Part shown: positions 1-19,749 of the stretch, piece after piece
Numbering within the stretch: position 1 is the stretch's first letter
How the letters are laid out: each line of letters starts with the position of its first letter
From: Balanoglossus misakiensis
Taxonomy: Eukaryota; Animalia; Hemichordata
NCBI GenBank assembly: GCA_040954595.2
Contig: CM082576.2
Coordinates: forward strand, 10,915,129 to 10,979,128
Reading direction: 5' to 3'
Length of the DNA stretch: 64,000 nucleotides
Notes under the pieces: generated by a model
Told to the model about the DNA's origin: nothing
Database searches by the model: none
The model's input: only the letters and a program-made list of their open reading frames with translations
Made by a program: the position numbers and the translations under genes

Positions 1-714
1 GAAGGGGCATTCACAAATGTTATCTAATAGATGAATCTATTCTGCTCAATTGTGATCAAATCTTTGGAAGATATTCCAGAAATTGAAGAAATGTTGAAAA
101 GTAAACATCCATACCCAGTATGTTTGTATCAGTCACTGTCGGTGTCAAAATATTACTTACATTTAAATTTGGATTATTTTCTGAATTTAGTTATACTATC
201 CCCCGTGGTTTTAGGTATTGAAACTATGAGGGATATTTTCGCGGCGTTATTTACGCACTGGTTTGTGCATGGTCACGTTCAGGAGCACGAGGGACAGATG
301 AAGAATTAAGGATGTCGAGTCGTTTGAAACGCCCACTCTCCTTGCAGTCCTTGTTGGTTGAAGGTAGTTCCCGAGTTCCGCCGCGCTGTGCCATCACCTT
401 TCTGTGCCCACCTGGAAGGATGCACTTTTGCCGTGTGAGACAAATGCCCGCAGACCCATTGTGGGGAGGGTTGCGAAAGTTTCTTGTCTCGGCAGTCGAT
501 TCAACCAATGAACAGCCGAACTTTCGGCTTAACAACCCAGCAAATTTTGCGTACTGATTAAAAATTGCCAAGAGTGCTGGCACCAAGCATACTGATATTT
601 CGAGGGGAAAACATTGACAGAAATCAGAGAGTTTTGTGAAATTCACCACGACGAAGAAAACCACGAAACTCCAAAAGACTGGGTGTAAGAGATAGATTAA
701 TTGCAACATTTGCA

Positions 715-6974
<6,260 letters not shown>

Positions 6975-9900
6975 AACATTACATCGAGCGCTTTGAATAA
7001 CCATTGAAACCTGAAAACGACACCTTGCTCAAAACAAAATAAACAATCGATAGACTTTTCAGGATCTGTGACCGCCTTCTTGATTTCTGACGGTTCGGAA
7101 CAGCCGGGGCGCGGTGACTCTGCCTACGGCTGCTTCGAATTCAAGTGTGAAGCCAAGCAACCAGACTGCATACACATGGCATATTTGCATATAGCACTGA
7201 AAACCTTATGACAAAACACATGTCAATTTTGCGATGAGAAAGTTAATTTTATACGTCAACTGCAATGAACAAAAGCACTAGGTTAACATTTCTGTAAAAC
7301 AACCGCCGACAACCGTTCCATCCTTACGCGATGAGAGTCTGAATAGAAGCCGCAATGCCGTCTAACTGTTTGGTTGGCTTCACGCCTACACGCGAGGCAG
7401 GCTTTGGGCGGCAGAGTCACGTCCCGGCTGTTCCGCTGACACAGCCGAAAGTTCTTGGACAAACCATGGAGGTAATTGTACGTACAAGTAGGAGCAACCT
7501 CTAATGTTCTTCATTGGTCGTTGAACGCGCTTGCGCAGTTTGTCCACTAGGCTCAGTGTACGACTGAACGAGAAGTGCCCAGTGTGGCAATACATTTTAT
7601 TGTCTGACTTTCATTGTGGACAGAAGTCCTCGAGGGTAGTAAATCAACACAGAGAAGGATGTTTGTCGACTTCATTGAAATGAAATTACGCGTACATGTG
7701 TAGTCATTCACCAAGTACTCCGGATTGAAAATACTCTATTAAGCTGTAAAGTTTACAGCCTGGGTTCTCGACACACGAAACTTAATAGTCGCTGGGCATG
7801 TCCTAGAGAGCTGTGTACGGGGAGATTGCCATACATATCAGGTCTAACCCATCCTGGGTTAATGTAAAGCTCTAAACCACTGTCGTTTTCTCGATGTTTT
7901 TGTCTGAAGTTCAAAAAAGAAACGAAACGGGGCTACATCTTATTAAGGGGTGGGGGTCTTCATATATCCCATCTCATATGATATTTTGTTTGCACCATAA
8001 TCAAGACGTTTTACATAATTTAACATGGCAAGCACGTTTGGGGAGTTAAAAGCACCACGGATCTGATTCGTAGGGGGTTCCAGGTCGTCTTTCATTCGAT
8101 GAGAAGTCTTGCTTCGAAAAAAGATCTCGCGCAGGTACAACGCAGTTTAGCTCTGTGGGCGCTGTTTCCGTTTTTCAAAACACCTCGGCCATTTTTCGCC
8201 CAAGTGCCTGCACTACGTCTAGGTCGTTTCGCAGGGTAAACCCCGGCGTCACACGGTCACACCACTCCACCGTGGTCGTACCAATGGTTCACCTGGACAT
8301 TCCGCCGTCGTTTAGAGACAGAACGACCGGTCATAAAGTACCCCGATGACGCTGTCAACACCATTCTTGTGTTGCGAAATACAGTGAAAACCAGGAACGT
8401 ACAGTCCACCTTCAAGTGTTGCACGACTCCAGTGATCCGTCTCGCTTATTTGACTGTTGAGCTATCGTGGAGAATTCCAGCCATAATTAACAGCCCCAGT
8501 TTGGCGATCTACACTTGCAAATGCGGCCTTTTCATTAATATCTTACGGTCGATAATTAAAATTGCAAGTGAAATTGCAACGACCCACACGCGCACTCCGT
8601 GTACACCGACAATAAAAGGTGGCCATACACTTCATCCCCACGTCAGTTTTGGCCAATAAAAAAGAACGGTGTCGTCTAAAGAATGGCTTTCTTTCTGTTG
8701 CGTTTACAACATATTAAATCTTTGTACATTATTTTTCTAACTCACCAATATGAATATCTGTGGATCGACGTTTCCTGTTTTACAATAATGAATATGGGAC
8801 AACCTCAGTGTACGCGGCTAGAGCAGCGGTAATATTGACAATATCAAAGGTCAAGACTGGTGACACACTCCATGTCAAATGTGAAATATATGTCTCCATT
8901 ATTCATTGAGGCAGTTCGTAGAACCGATCCATTCTTCTTGTCTTTACGAGGAAATGAGCAAGTTGTCGCAGAAGACGAGTTCAGCAGCGCTGCAGTTGTC
9001 CGCGGTGCCGTGGACCGGTCTCTGCACCACTGATCGGTATGGGACTACCCAGACGTAATGCTTAGCTTGGAGTTTTATTGATTGATTTATGTATCGTAGT
9101 TTTTCTTGAATTTTTCGCATAAGGTCCAGGAAGACTAACCTTATCAAAAGACGCGAAGGAAATGCTTTGTCGCTGTGCTGATTGTTTCGGATAGATCTGA
9201 AATTGCCCTGAAAGACACTGAAAGAAATTACTTTGCGTGGTTTAAGCGGGACGACTTTCTTAATAGCAACAATCGGAAAGTCATCATGAATCATAAATAG
9301 TACAGTTTCAACGCCAGTGGCACACTTCTGACGTCATCACTGGCTGTGAAGGAAAGTTTGGCCCACTTTGGTCCAATGTTACCGCTATGGACTCACACTG
9401 AATAAATCCATCGATCGCCAGTGTTTACTAGCCTAAGGTTGTATATACAGAACAAGTACAGCGCCTCCGAAACGACCGTTCCCGTCGATGAAAGCAAATC
9501 GGGAAGTCGTGTCGAGAAAATATTAAAGGTTTGTTGAGATTGGGCGCCGTTGTAAGTGGTTGAAAGCAGTTAAAATGAAAAGGCACAACACTTGGTTGTT
9601 TCATTCCATACGACACGTGGATTCATTTGCACGAGGAGAAACATACATTTTGACTGTGATTGGGATCAGTAGGGAAATTTGAGGGGAGGGAGGGGGGTTA
9701 ACAAGCATGGATATGTACTTGCAGTGGTTAGCTGTTGGAGTTGTTACAGAAACTGATGGAAAAATTGTCCCCGTTTTACAAAGGCGATTAAATATCTGAA
9801 GTCTACTGGACATTGTCACATAATCCAAGCAAATAGTCCTTGAACAACACACCCCCAGACTTATGCAGGGTTTCCCCCCAGTGACAAACACGTCCAACTT

Positions 9901-10214
9901 CAGTCAATCAGTCAGAAGTATTAACGCAGCGCATCAAGGCGTACACAGTCTATATACTTACTCATTACAGGGGGGAATGTCGATTCGGTGCCGGACTGAA
10001 AAAAAAGGAAAATAAAATTGAGTCAGTATACATACAATTAACCGAAATCCTGTCATTTTCAAGGTCCAGGCACGGTTTGGCTGCCTTCGCGTATAAGGTA
10101 GTATTGTCGTAAAAATGATCTCGACAAGTGTGTGTGTGGAAATTCAATCAAACAATCCAAGTTCCACCAACTGGAGGTCACGAGAAACTGACGGTTTTTG
10201 AAGAGAAAAACGAA

Positions 10215-10227
10215 GGAAAGTGAAACT
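10215..10227 (+). promoter_or_regulatory. IRF-E/ISRE consensus site GGAAAGTGAAACT
   Basis: Exact match to the IRF1/2 consensus GAAA(G/C)(T/C)GAAA(G/C)(T/C); function not shown. Confidence 0.4.
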
Positions 10228-10360
10228 CAAATTTATGTTCGAGATTACATTGATTCGAAGAGGGGAAGGCCGATGACAAGGACTGAAGTGTGATAGTTCA
10301 AGATATTAATCTGTAGTAAATCCTTTGTAAACACAGCAGCGCGATCGTCAAGTCCTTCCA

Positions 10361-10800
10361 GTGTAGGCGGTGCGGAAATCGGACAACGCTTCCTTCAATA
10401 ATGATTCCCACGCTGTTAGAATCGACGCCACCGTCCTGACAACTATTGTTGTGGTCGAAATCCAAAACTATTGACAATCACAAAGTTTCCCATGCAGTGA
10501 TAAGAAGTTTTCGTTTCTGGAATAGGGTTCAAGTGTTTGTTTCTTTCGAACGGCTATCCGCGGATCTCTCCGCGGGCAATGGTGAATCCGTCGATTTCGT
10601 GATTTAGCCGTCTATATCATCGACCATCGTTCCGTCATATTCGATAAACAGAGACTTTAGAATGATGTTTGTTTCTATTCTGTGCTAAAAATTGCGTGAT
10701 GTTATGGTTTGTTTTAATTAACATAGGTAACATCTGCCGAGTAGAATGGGATTCGAGTCTATCTGTTGATAATGTGACGTCATGATCTCGTGTACATTCA
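10361..10800 (+). repeat. Diverged direct duplication, copy 1 of module A
   Basis: Collinear similarity to 12827-13230, sharing gtgtaggcg-tgcggaaat, ttgacaatcacaaa, atgcagtga-aagaa, ggttcaagtgtt, aatgggattc and a perfect TGACGTCA. Confidence 0.8.
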
Positions 10801-12208
10801 TCATTTCATCGATCATACATGCAATTTGTGAATGGTGCTGGGCAGTGCGCTCTTTCAGAGAGACTGTCGTCTACACTACACTCAAAACGTCGCATAGGAT
10901 CCGTAATTTACAACACATTCCTGATATCTGTGCACAGTGTGCCGCTTTTGATGAGCATTCATCTGTTTACGTTTACGTTACTTGGCAACTGTGAGTAACG
11001 TCGTTTGCCGTCAATGAAGAAGTTGACTTCTCAACATGTGTCGATTATTTCTGTGACACTACAGAACGCAGTCGTTGCTTGTATGCGAATGCAATTATCC
11101 AGTCGCTCGACCACTGTCAGGAAGTTTCGAAATTTCTCTCTGGAATCTGGACAATTACTTACATAGGATATACTAGTAGTGTAGGAGTTGGCAGCTCACA
11201 GAAATTCACATTCCAACCTATTGAAATTTAAATTCTTTTTATTCTATGACAACTTTTCAAATGTTAATTCTCAATAATTTCAATTAGTTGAACTTTGGCG
11301 GATGTGCAATTCAAAGAAGCACAGGAACTACATGTATAGTGTCCGATTATTTTATATTTTATTTATAATATTTCCTTAATGAGGTTCTGTATATGATATT
11401 ATTCCCAAACAAGCTATGTGATCTAAAATTATATTTCCTTTTCTGATCGTTCCTATTTCACTGAAAATAAAGAAACGAGTAATTTTGCCGCCTCGACGGG
11501 TGCCATTTTGACAGGTATTTCAATTCGTAAAAAGGAACACCCCCTATCAATAGACAGTTGATTTTTTTTTTCAACAGAGCGTCCCTCAGTGGTCAGATCG
11601 TCACACCGAAGAGCAAACATCAGGACAATTAGTCAGACATGCACGTGACTCTGGCGAAAAGATCAGACATACACAAGGAGGCAGCCCCGTATAGGTGCTC
11701 CCCTACGACAAACAAAGCCAACAGCAGTCTCTGGGGACCAACGGAGTGGTGTACTGCTCACTTTACCGAGTAACACGGTCAACAGAAACATATGAAGCGG
11801 AAACTACTTGTTTTGATCTTGAACAAGGAGGAAGATCCCGAGTATCCATGATCTCCGGGATTATTTGCAACAGACAGAGCCGTCGGAAGACGGTCGGTTT
11901 TTAAAGCAATGGACTGACTCTCCCCTCTCTCTCCCCCAATTCTCTCCCTCTCCCACTCTCTCTCCCTTCCCTTCTCCATCAACTGGCTTTCAAAAGGGAA
12001 CTCTCTCACACTCGGAACAATTGACTGAGAAAGGGGAAAATAAACTTAAGTAAATGGACTATTTAAATGACGGTTTGAGTTCACAATGAAATATTCGTAC
12101 AATTCTACACTTCTTCTACAAAACGAAAGTTAAAAGTTGTTTTGTCGGCCGTTCATATTGTTTTAATAAGTTCGTATTGTCTGCAGCTGTTATTTAAGAA
12201 AACATCCC

Positions 12209-12315
12209 TCCTTGGTTTTCCTTTTTCTTTGCATTACGTGACCAGTTTATAATTAGAAACACCGTCTTCAACGAATGTCGGCTGACTCATTGCGACGTCA
12301 AGTTTCTGATTTTGA
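12209..12315 (+). repeat. Short duplicated module B, copy 1 (AP-1 plus CRE-like site)
   Basis: ttcaacgaatgtcggcTGACTCAttgcgacgtcaagtttctgatttt is nearly identical to 16689-16740; both copies also share an upstream cttggttttcc. Confidence 0.75.
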
Positions 12316-12826
12316 GGGGGTCTATGTCCACATTAAAAGTCTTAAATACCCACGGGAAATTGTACTCCATACACCGTGATAACGCGTCATTATTTGTATC
12401 AAAAATACCCATTCCCGATTTTTGGTTTTTCTTTAGTAACCCTGTTTACAATTGGACAAGATTTGCGCATAAACGACAGTTCGTATAGTTGCGGTTAAAA
12501 AGAGGCCCAGGCCCAGGGATTGGTTATAATTGACGTTTCACAGTACACCAGTCACCGATCTGACCAAACAGTCACTATTTTTATGTCGGGTGCCAGAAAA
12601 TGATCAGCTATTATATGGCCTGCAACTGCCGTACAGTTGTATTTATGTGCACCCTGTAGTAGCGCTAATATGCACATGGTGTACATCAGTTGCATGTACA
12701 CGGTTTAAAGTCAAACTGTAACTTGCAATAAAATTCTTTGATTTCATATCAGTCCCTAGCAATCTTTGGTCATTAGTATAATGGTACACGTACATGTAGG
12801 CCTTGAAATCTATACAAATCAGGTCT

Positions 12827-13230
12827 GTGTAGGCGATGCGGAAATACGTTTGTCAATAACGGTTTTCACGATATTCACTCGACACCGCGCCCTGCAACGC
12901 ATTGTTGTGACTGACAACAGTTTTGACAATCACAAACATTCCATATGCAGTGACAAGAATCGTTTTCAAGCATATACGGTTCAAGTGTTACTATTTATGG
13001 TCGCGAAGGCGCCTACTCGTTGTTGTGGGTCTGTCAATTTCGTAATTATCTTCCTGAACCTGTCGCCATCCACTCGATAAGAGACTTCACACGTTTGTTC
13101 TACTCCATGTTACATCGCACGACGTTTTGTTATTTGGAAATATTTGAAATAATAGCGTCTGATTTGGTAATCGGTAAAATGGGATTCAGCTGATTCTGTG
13201 ACGTCATAATCTCGTGCGCGTTCATCTCAG
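12827..13230 (+). repeat. Diverged direct duplication, copy 2 of module A
   Basis: Collinear with 10361-10800; CRE TGACGTCA at 13199-13206. Confidence 0.8.
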
Positions 13231-14599
13231 TCTATGCTAGATTATATGAGCGCGCTTATAAAAATGCGAAAAGATCAGGTATTAAGGTCCCTTCAATATT
13301 ACACACAATACATACATGTATCACCATCGCACTACTCAGCTTGTCTCGGACCTGGTTGCCTACCACGCATGCGCAATCTTATTCTACTGACTTACAAGAT
13401 TGAATGGGGCGGAGGATTGAACGAACGGGAAGTGAACTGTACAACAATAAATTCTCTTTTTATTGACTTGCGTTGTAAACCAAAAGCCTTACATGCAAGA
13501 AAAAGGGTTCATGTCGACTTCATTAAAAGGAAATTATCCAACATTCAACAAGTACCTAGGATGTAAAACTGTCACAGTAGTCATCATCATGATGGCGAGA
13601 TACACACGCAGGCAGCGAACTTTAAAACTTTGAGAAATAACGATATTTAACCCAGAATTTGAAGCTTTCTTCACGTCAGCGGGGTAATTTGACGCTCTAG
13701 TCGAATGTACCTTCATGATCGCATGCACATCTGCATGGTACGCGGACAATAACAGATTATGCAGATCGGGCGCGTGGATGACTACGCATGACCGTAATTT
13801 GCTCTGGGATCCGCGGGGCTTGGCGAGTCATCCGGGTCAAGTTCCATGCAGCTAACAACGCGGCGAAGGGGAACGTCGACTATTCCATAGGTTTGGTGCT
13901 TTTGGACCTGTTCAGCGGCAATACATTCCAGAGTAGGGTACAGCGCCGTCTACTTATAGTGGCGTTTTAAAGAACAAATTCCACTAAGGGGAAACATTGT
14001 CCCGAAAAGGTGTCATGTCTGGAATTTGTGGTTGACAAGGGTCACTGACGCAACCACAAATGTCAGTAAACTGGGTAATAGTCACCTGGATGCACTTATT
14101 TAATTAAAAAAGGATGACTAAACGTGTGTGCAGTGTCAAGAGCGTCCTGACATCATGACTAGTAGATAGCGACTCACACCACAGGTTACTGTGAGACCGG
14201 CTTCGCATTTTCTAAAATTGGCAGATTAGCTTTGAAGCTAATCACGACTATGAATCATGTCACCTTGAAAATACCGCTCCCACTCTCCAAAGTCTGAACT
14301 TTTGAAAGACACAGAAAACTAGCAACATTACAAATAAAGAAAAATTATTCAAAAGACTACCTGCAAATATTTACTATATTTTGGTTTGGTCCAGTCAGTT
14401 TTTGTTCACATATGCGATGCAAGTATGTTCAATCATTCTGCCGTTTAACAAAACGGCGAATTGTTATCATCCAACAACACTCTGTCGTGTGCTTTTATGA
14501 AGCGCTGCGTCCACGCATGTCGCTCTAAAAACGGATTTTAGAATTCCCATTGACACGCTTCTGACGACATCACTTGATCCTAATGGAAATATCATTGGC

Positions 14600-14942
14600 C
14601 AATATTTCGACCGAGAAGTTATAATTAACATCATCTCTGCTGCAAGTTTTATCAAAATCGGTTGAGTAGGCCTATTTCGTGAAAATATACAGATTAGCAG
14701 TGAATTTGACCCGTCAAATTCCTTCAGGTGGAATTCATCTTAGTCATATCTGCTGCAAGTTTCATCGACTTCAGGACTGCCACCATGACAATGCCTGAAA
14801 TTAGTATTTATGCAAATTAGTCTTGGTTCATGTCAATCATGTCCGCAGGATTGTAAAATCCGATTGGTAAGCCCTAATGATTGATACATTGTTCATAGAC
14901 AGACAGACAGTCAGTCAGACAGGTAGACAGACAGATAGACAG
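14600..14942. repeat. Degenerate interspersed-repeat remnant with an internal direct repeat and (GACA)n tail
   Basis: cat(c/a)tctgctgcaagttt(t/c)atc occurs twice (about 14632 and 14745), followed by a (GACA)n run at about 14895-14942. Family not identified. Confidence 0.4.
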
Positions 14943-16635
14943 GCAAGAAGTTTGAGAAATTGTTCGAACCGCGCAATTTGCCATGACACACGTTGTAAGA
15001 GCTGAATCATAGGTAGGTCGCGTACCGTACCTGACACAGGTCAAACTTAACAATTAGTGAACAATTGGCGAGAGCTGTATTAAAAACTGTTGTAAGTGCC
15101 CGATACTAAGACAGCAATGACCAAAATCCGGTCTGTGACGTGATCTGCATGAGATGTATCACACAAACTTCTGTTCTTATGGAGCCACGCGATAACATTT
15201 TGGTCGATCGAAAACATTTTCTCGGCCGGCCAAAAATTCACGTTTGTAGGCTGAAACGACATATTATATTTTTTTAAGTTGACCCCAATAACAATTGATA
15301 GTCAATTAATCATGTGGTAAACACGATCCACTGAAACTTTAACTGCTATCTTGGATTTGACTTTAACAAGGCTTGACCACCGTATTATTCTAGTAACAGG
15401 GTACACACTACAATAGTTGCGAGCTTACGTTTGCCGAACTTGTGGTGGTGCGCCTTCTCGCCAAATTCCTGCACTTTTCTGGCACAGAGGATGGTACGAA
15501 ATTAGTAATTACTGATCGATGCCACTTCCTCCATAACATATTATTGTTTCACGACATCCTCCGTCATTTTGACAATGTTGATGGGAATCGGAAGGGGGAA
15601 TTAGCGCTGCCCGTACCCAGATACAGATGTAATCGTTCGTCGCTTGGTTCATTGTTTGAAACGGTTTTTTTAAAAATCGGTATGGGTTCGTTTTTATCAC
15701 AAGGATTCGGATAAATACATGAAAGCAATTTTGAAAGAGGGACTAGAGTTTGAGAAGAAGATTTAAGAAATCAAAAGAGAGATTGCATGTCACCCGAGAC
15801 GTGGTTTCAAGACATTAAAAGCTATCGCGCTCTCTCACTGTCTATGCTTTTAATACAAAAAGGGGTTGCATCTCCCGAGGCAGTTCCCGTTTATGGCAAA
15901 CAAAGGTAACACACGTGTGTAGGAAGCGACCTATAGTAGTGGTATGCTTGTCCGATAAAATATGGCAATGTATAAATGGGCATTGTCTGCCACTTGAGGA
16001 AACTGTGTGTGAAATCTCTCCGGTCGGTGTCAGAGAGGAAGGTCATTTCAGTGCCAAACCGTTATTATACCTTTGAGTCAGTCTAGGCAAAACTCTGTCA
16101 TTTCAAGGTCAGAACCGACCAGGCAATGTAGCTGCCTTTAAAGACGTACCCGTTAGTGTCATCGAAAAATGTCGGTGTGACCTCCACAGCACGAATTTGA
16201 CGAATTTCTATCACGAAGCTCCACATTTGCTGCACTATCTCGACCAGGTCGGCGCCGAAAAAAGGACGACTCCAAAATCCCCGATGTGCATTCAGACATT
16301 GTGAATAGTTGGATATCACATTGCCACGCAAATAATCTGTATCATTTGGGCACATTAAAACGACGTTTCTCTCTTCTAATTTCAAGAACACTATTAAAGT
16401 ACAGAACGATCGACCCGATTCAACGACGCAGGGTCCCATTTGCAAGTGGTGTCTTTGGAACAGTCTAAAGATGAACATTTCAGACGATGGTGTTCTGGTG
16501 TTCGAAGTGAAAGCTTCAGTCTGTTTGAACATCCGTTTCAAAACGAAAGTTGGATTTTGTTTTGTCGTCAGGGAGTCCTGTTTTTTAATACAGTCTTTGT
16601 CAAAATTTGTGATTTAAGATAACATTTATTTTTCA

Positions 16636-16740
16636 CTTGGTTTTCCAATTATCTTTATATTAAAAACTAGGGTATTGTTGGAAATTGGTTTTCAACGAAT
16701 ACCGGTTGACTCATTGCGATGTCAAGTTTGTGATTTTTTT
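16636..16740 (+). repeat. Short duplicated module B, copy 2
   Basis: ttcaacgaataccggtTGACTCAttgcgatgtcaagtttgtgatttt. Confidence 0.75.
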
Positions 16741-18585
16741 GTGATTTCATTTCCACGTTTCGTCGAAGGGTGCGTCTTGGATTCTCATATGAAATTCACT
16801 TTGTATTATTCGTATTGTTACCAAACTGTGAATTAACGAATGGTGAATTCTTTTTTTTATTTGTCTTGAAAATTTCAATTCGCGAGAACCAAAATATAAC
16901 CAACTATGCGCGTCTTCAAAAAGTGCGTTAACGTCATGCGGGGCATTCCGATTACTGTCAATGACTGCACCAAGTTTTGGCGGGAAGGTTGGTGAACACG
17001 TATCCCCTGACGACCAGATTCCTTCCGTTCTATTAGCCAATGGTACTCCTGATACTTAAAATGACATATTCGAACGTTTTAATGTATAAATGACATAATG
17101 ACCAAACTCGGACAGTCGGATAGATACACTCACGCCTTCCAAACAAACGAATTATGTCCACACGAACAACAAAATACGCAACTCTTTACTCATTTAAACC
17201 AATAGCCATAGAGAGGGGGGGGGGGGTAGAGAATCCAACACATTCGCAATTAAAAACACGAGAACAACAAGCGGATTGCTGTCTCTGAGTAATTGAAGGA
17301 GGATAGTGAGGCAATACATGCGCGGTACATTCCCCTTTCACACACAAAATAGCACACACATGTAACAACGTTGGCTGAACATTTGGGATAGAAGGGAGAC
17401 GCTCCTATACAGGACGTCTTCGGCCACTAGATCACTTTGCCGTGGAAAGTACAAAACATCGAGGAGATACGAGAAAGCTACCTGTGCCTCTGTCTCACTC
17501 CTTCGCCAATACAGGATGTAACCTGGCGTTTTTTGGCGCCAAAATAAAAACAAACTTTGACATTGTGTGAATTGAAAAATACCCCATACGTAAAGCAGAA
17601 GTGTTCCCTCATATCATTTGATGGGTGCCGGAGTAGTACAAGTTGGATGTGGGTCAAAAATTTTGCTGAAGTCAACGGTAGTCCTAAGCGACCAATTACT
17701 AGCAGTGGTCGTTCATTTTCAATGCATTTAGCCCAATTTGTTTGCTCTTCCGCCAATTAATCGACAATTTTCACACCGCTGATTCGCGGACCTCTCCAAT
17801 TTAACCCCCGCTTTAGATTTGTATCACATGATTTGTGATTCCCCCGCCCGTTGAATTGAAACACGATGACGTAAAACGGAGTTTGTCCGCGCTGAAAGAA
17901 GAGAACTGAGTCCCGAAACCCTTAAAACCGTACGCGTGCGCTATCACGACAACTGAACCGAGACCAGGATTGGCTGCCACCGTTGGAACTAAATCGTTTA
18001 TAATTGCCCCATGATTGTATTTTAATAGATACTTAATATTAAAAATGGTAGCCCATACAGGCCGTATTTCCCACCGACAAAAGAGACCACTGAATGACGA
18101 TACGGAATGTCGAATGCTAAATGATGAGGTTTTAATCGAAAAATATTTTAATGGTTTGATGCGTTTCTCAGTCGGACCTGCAATGACAATGTGAACTCTA
18201 CAGTGCATCAGAATGGAACTACAGTTGAGTCATAAAACTGTACTCGACCTTTATTTTGGCCCAATGACAACGCTGCATAATGATGATCAAAAACAATAAT
18301 GGCGCATGCGTTGGAGACAATAAGAGTGATTTAAACAAAACAAGAAAACAAAATGCAAGTTATCTCACGAGCCTAAATATAGGAAAAGCGTCGAGCGATG
18401 TACTTTCCGTCGTATCCCACGCTCTCGCCGATTCGTGGAGACCGATTCGCCCGGCAGTTTGGTTCCTGTTGATTTTTTGACGATGGGCTTGAAATTTTAT
18501 TATCGTTGTTATGCTGACGCATCGACGACAGAAAAAAATCCCCTCGTGCGGGTATTTTCAGCACCCGGGTTCATCGACGAAAATG

Positions 18586-18715
18586 TATATAAGGCAGACG
18601 TTCGCGTCTCCGAATTACAAGCGACTCAGTCTATCAGAAGAGTACATACCAAACCCTGCAACGGATATTAGCAGTTTGAGCTATCTAACACAATTTGAAC
18701 CGTTTTCTGAAACAG
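18586..18715 (+). promoter_or_regulatory. Putative distal TATA promoter and non-coding first exon of the secreted cytokine-like gene
   Basis: TATATAA at 18586-18592 followed about 125 nt later by a perfect CAG|GTGAGT donor at 18715/18716; AP-1 TGAGTCA at 18226. Confidence 0.5.
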
Positions 18716-19749
18716 GTGAGTGATATTTATGAGTCCTTTGAATCGGCCTATACAGTTACTGACAAACTCTGGCATTTTATGAGTTCGAAACTAATAGTTG
18801 ACACCTAAAACATTACCTCCACAATGTTCAAGCTGACATGTATTTACCTACGCCATCAAATAGAAATCTTTTGACGACAAACCCGACGTCTTTTTGGTCC
18901 TATCTGCAGTACTTTGTGTATTTTGAAACGCAGCATCCAAAATTATTCGCTCATAATAGATACTCAGAAGGGCTGTGATGGTCCATCCAAAATCATTCTT
19001 AACGCCTGGAAACCTGTTATTGCGTCTTTCCCATTTAATTTTAAATCAGTTTCATTGATAGTTTAAAAGCTGAAAAGTCGAATTCCACTAAAAACTCCAC
19101 AAAGTGTGAAATGTAGTTACAAACAATAATGTTATTTTTAAACCTAGTGCTAACTTGGGCTTCCTTTAAATAACTGGCAGTATTCAAATCAATCATTTAT
19201 GCTGTAATTAATGCTGTAAGTCCGAGAAAACAGCGTCGATTTCCCCGACTTCGGTGGAATGAAGTCCCGCCATCGTTCCCGCGTTGGGGCGGGGATACTG
19301 GGCGTTTGTTCACATTCTATCCATGAACATTTATTCATCGAGGAACGATTCAATATATTTCACTTCTGTACGTTTGGGGTCCTGGTGGACTTTGTACAGT
19401 AGCCACGAACAACTAAGCGGATCAAACAACGAAATCGCGCGGTACACTTCCTCGCGACAACGCATTCTACAAATCGAGCTTAAATGGGATTTGTACTTGA
19501 AGGGCCGAATAAGTCTTTAAGTAGAATATTGGCACTCTGAGTTAAGGCAGGATTAGTCGCTATGATCTTGCTAGTAACTGAACCATGCACGGAGATGCGC
19601 CTTCATGATTACATCTGAACCACCATCAGTTGATCATGAACTTAATTTGAATTGTTACATGAACAAAAGAAATGGACGCGGCTGCAGCAATTAATGTTTA
19701 GTTCGCCCCTAATCTCCCATCCCAAAAGTAATTGAAACAAACTGGTGTT

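Noticed and set aside
8950-9055. GC-rich exon-like block with faint nucleotide resemblance to the first coding exon of the cytokine-like gene
   Set aside because: No frame gives protein similarity and no partner exons were found.
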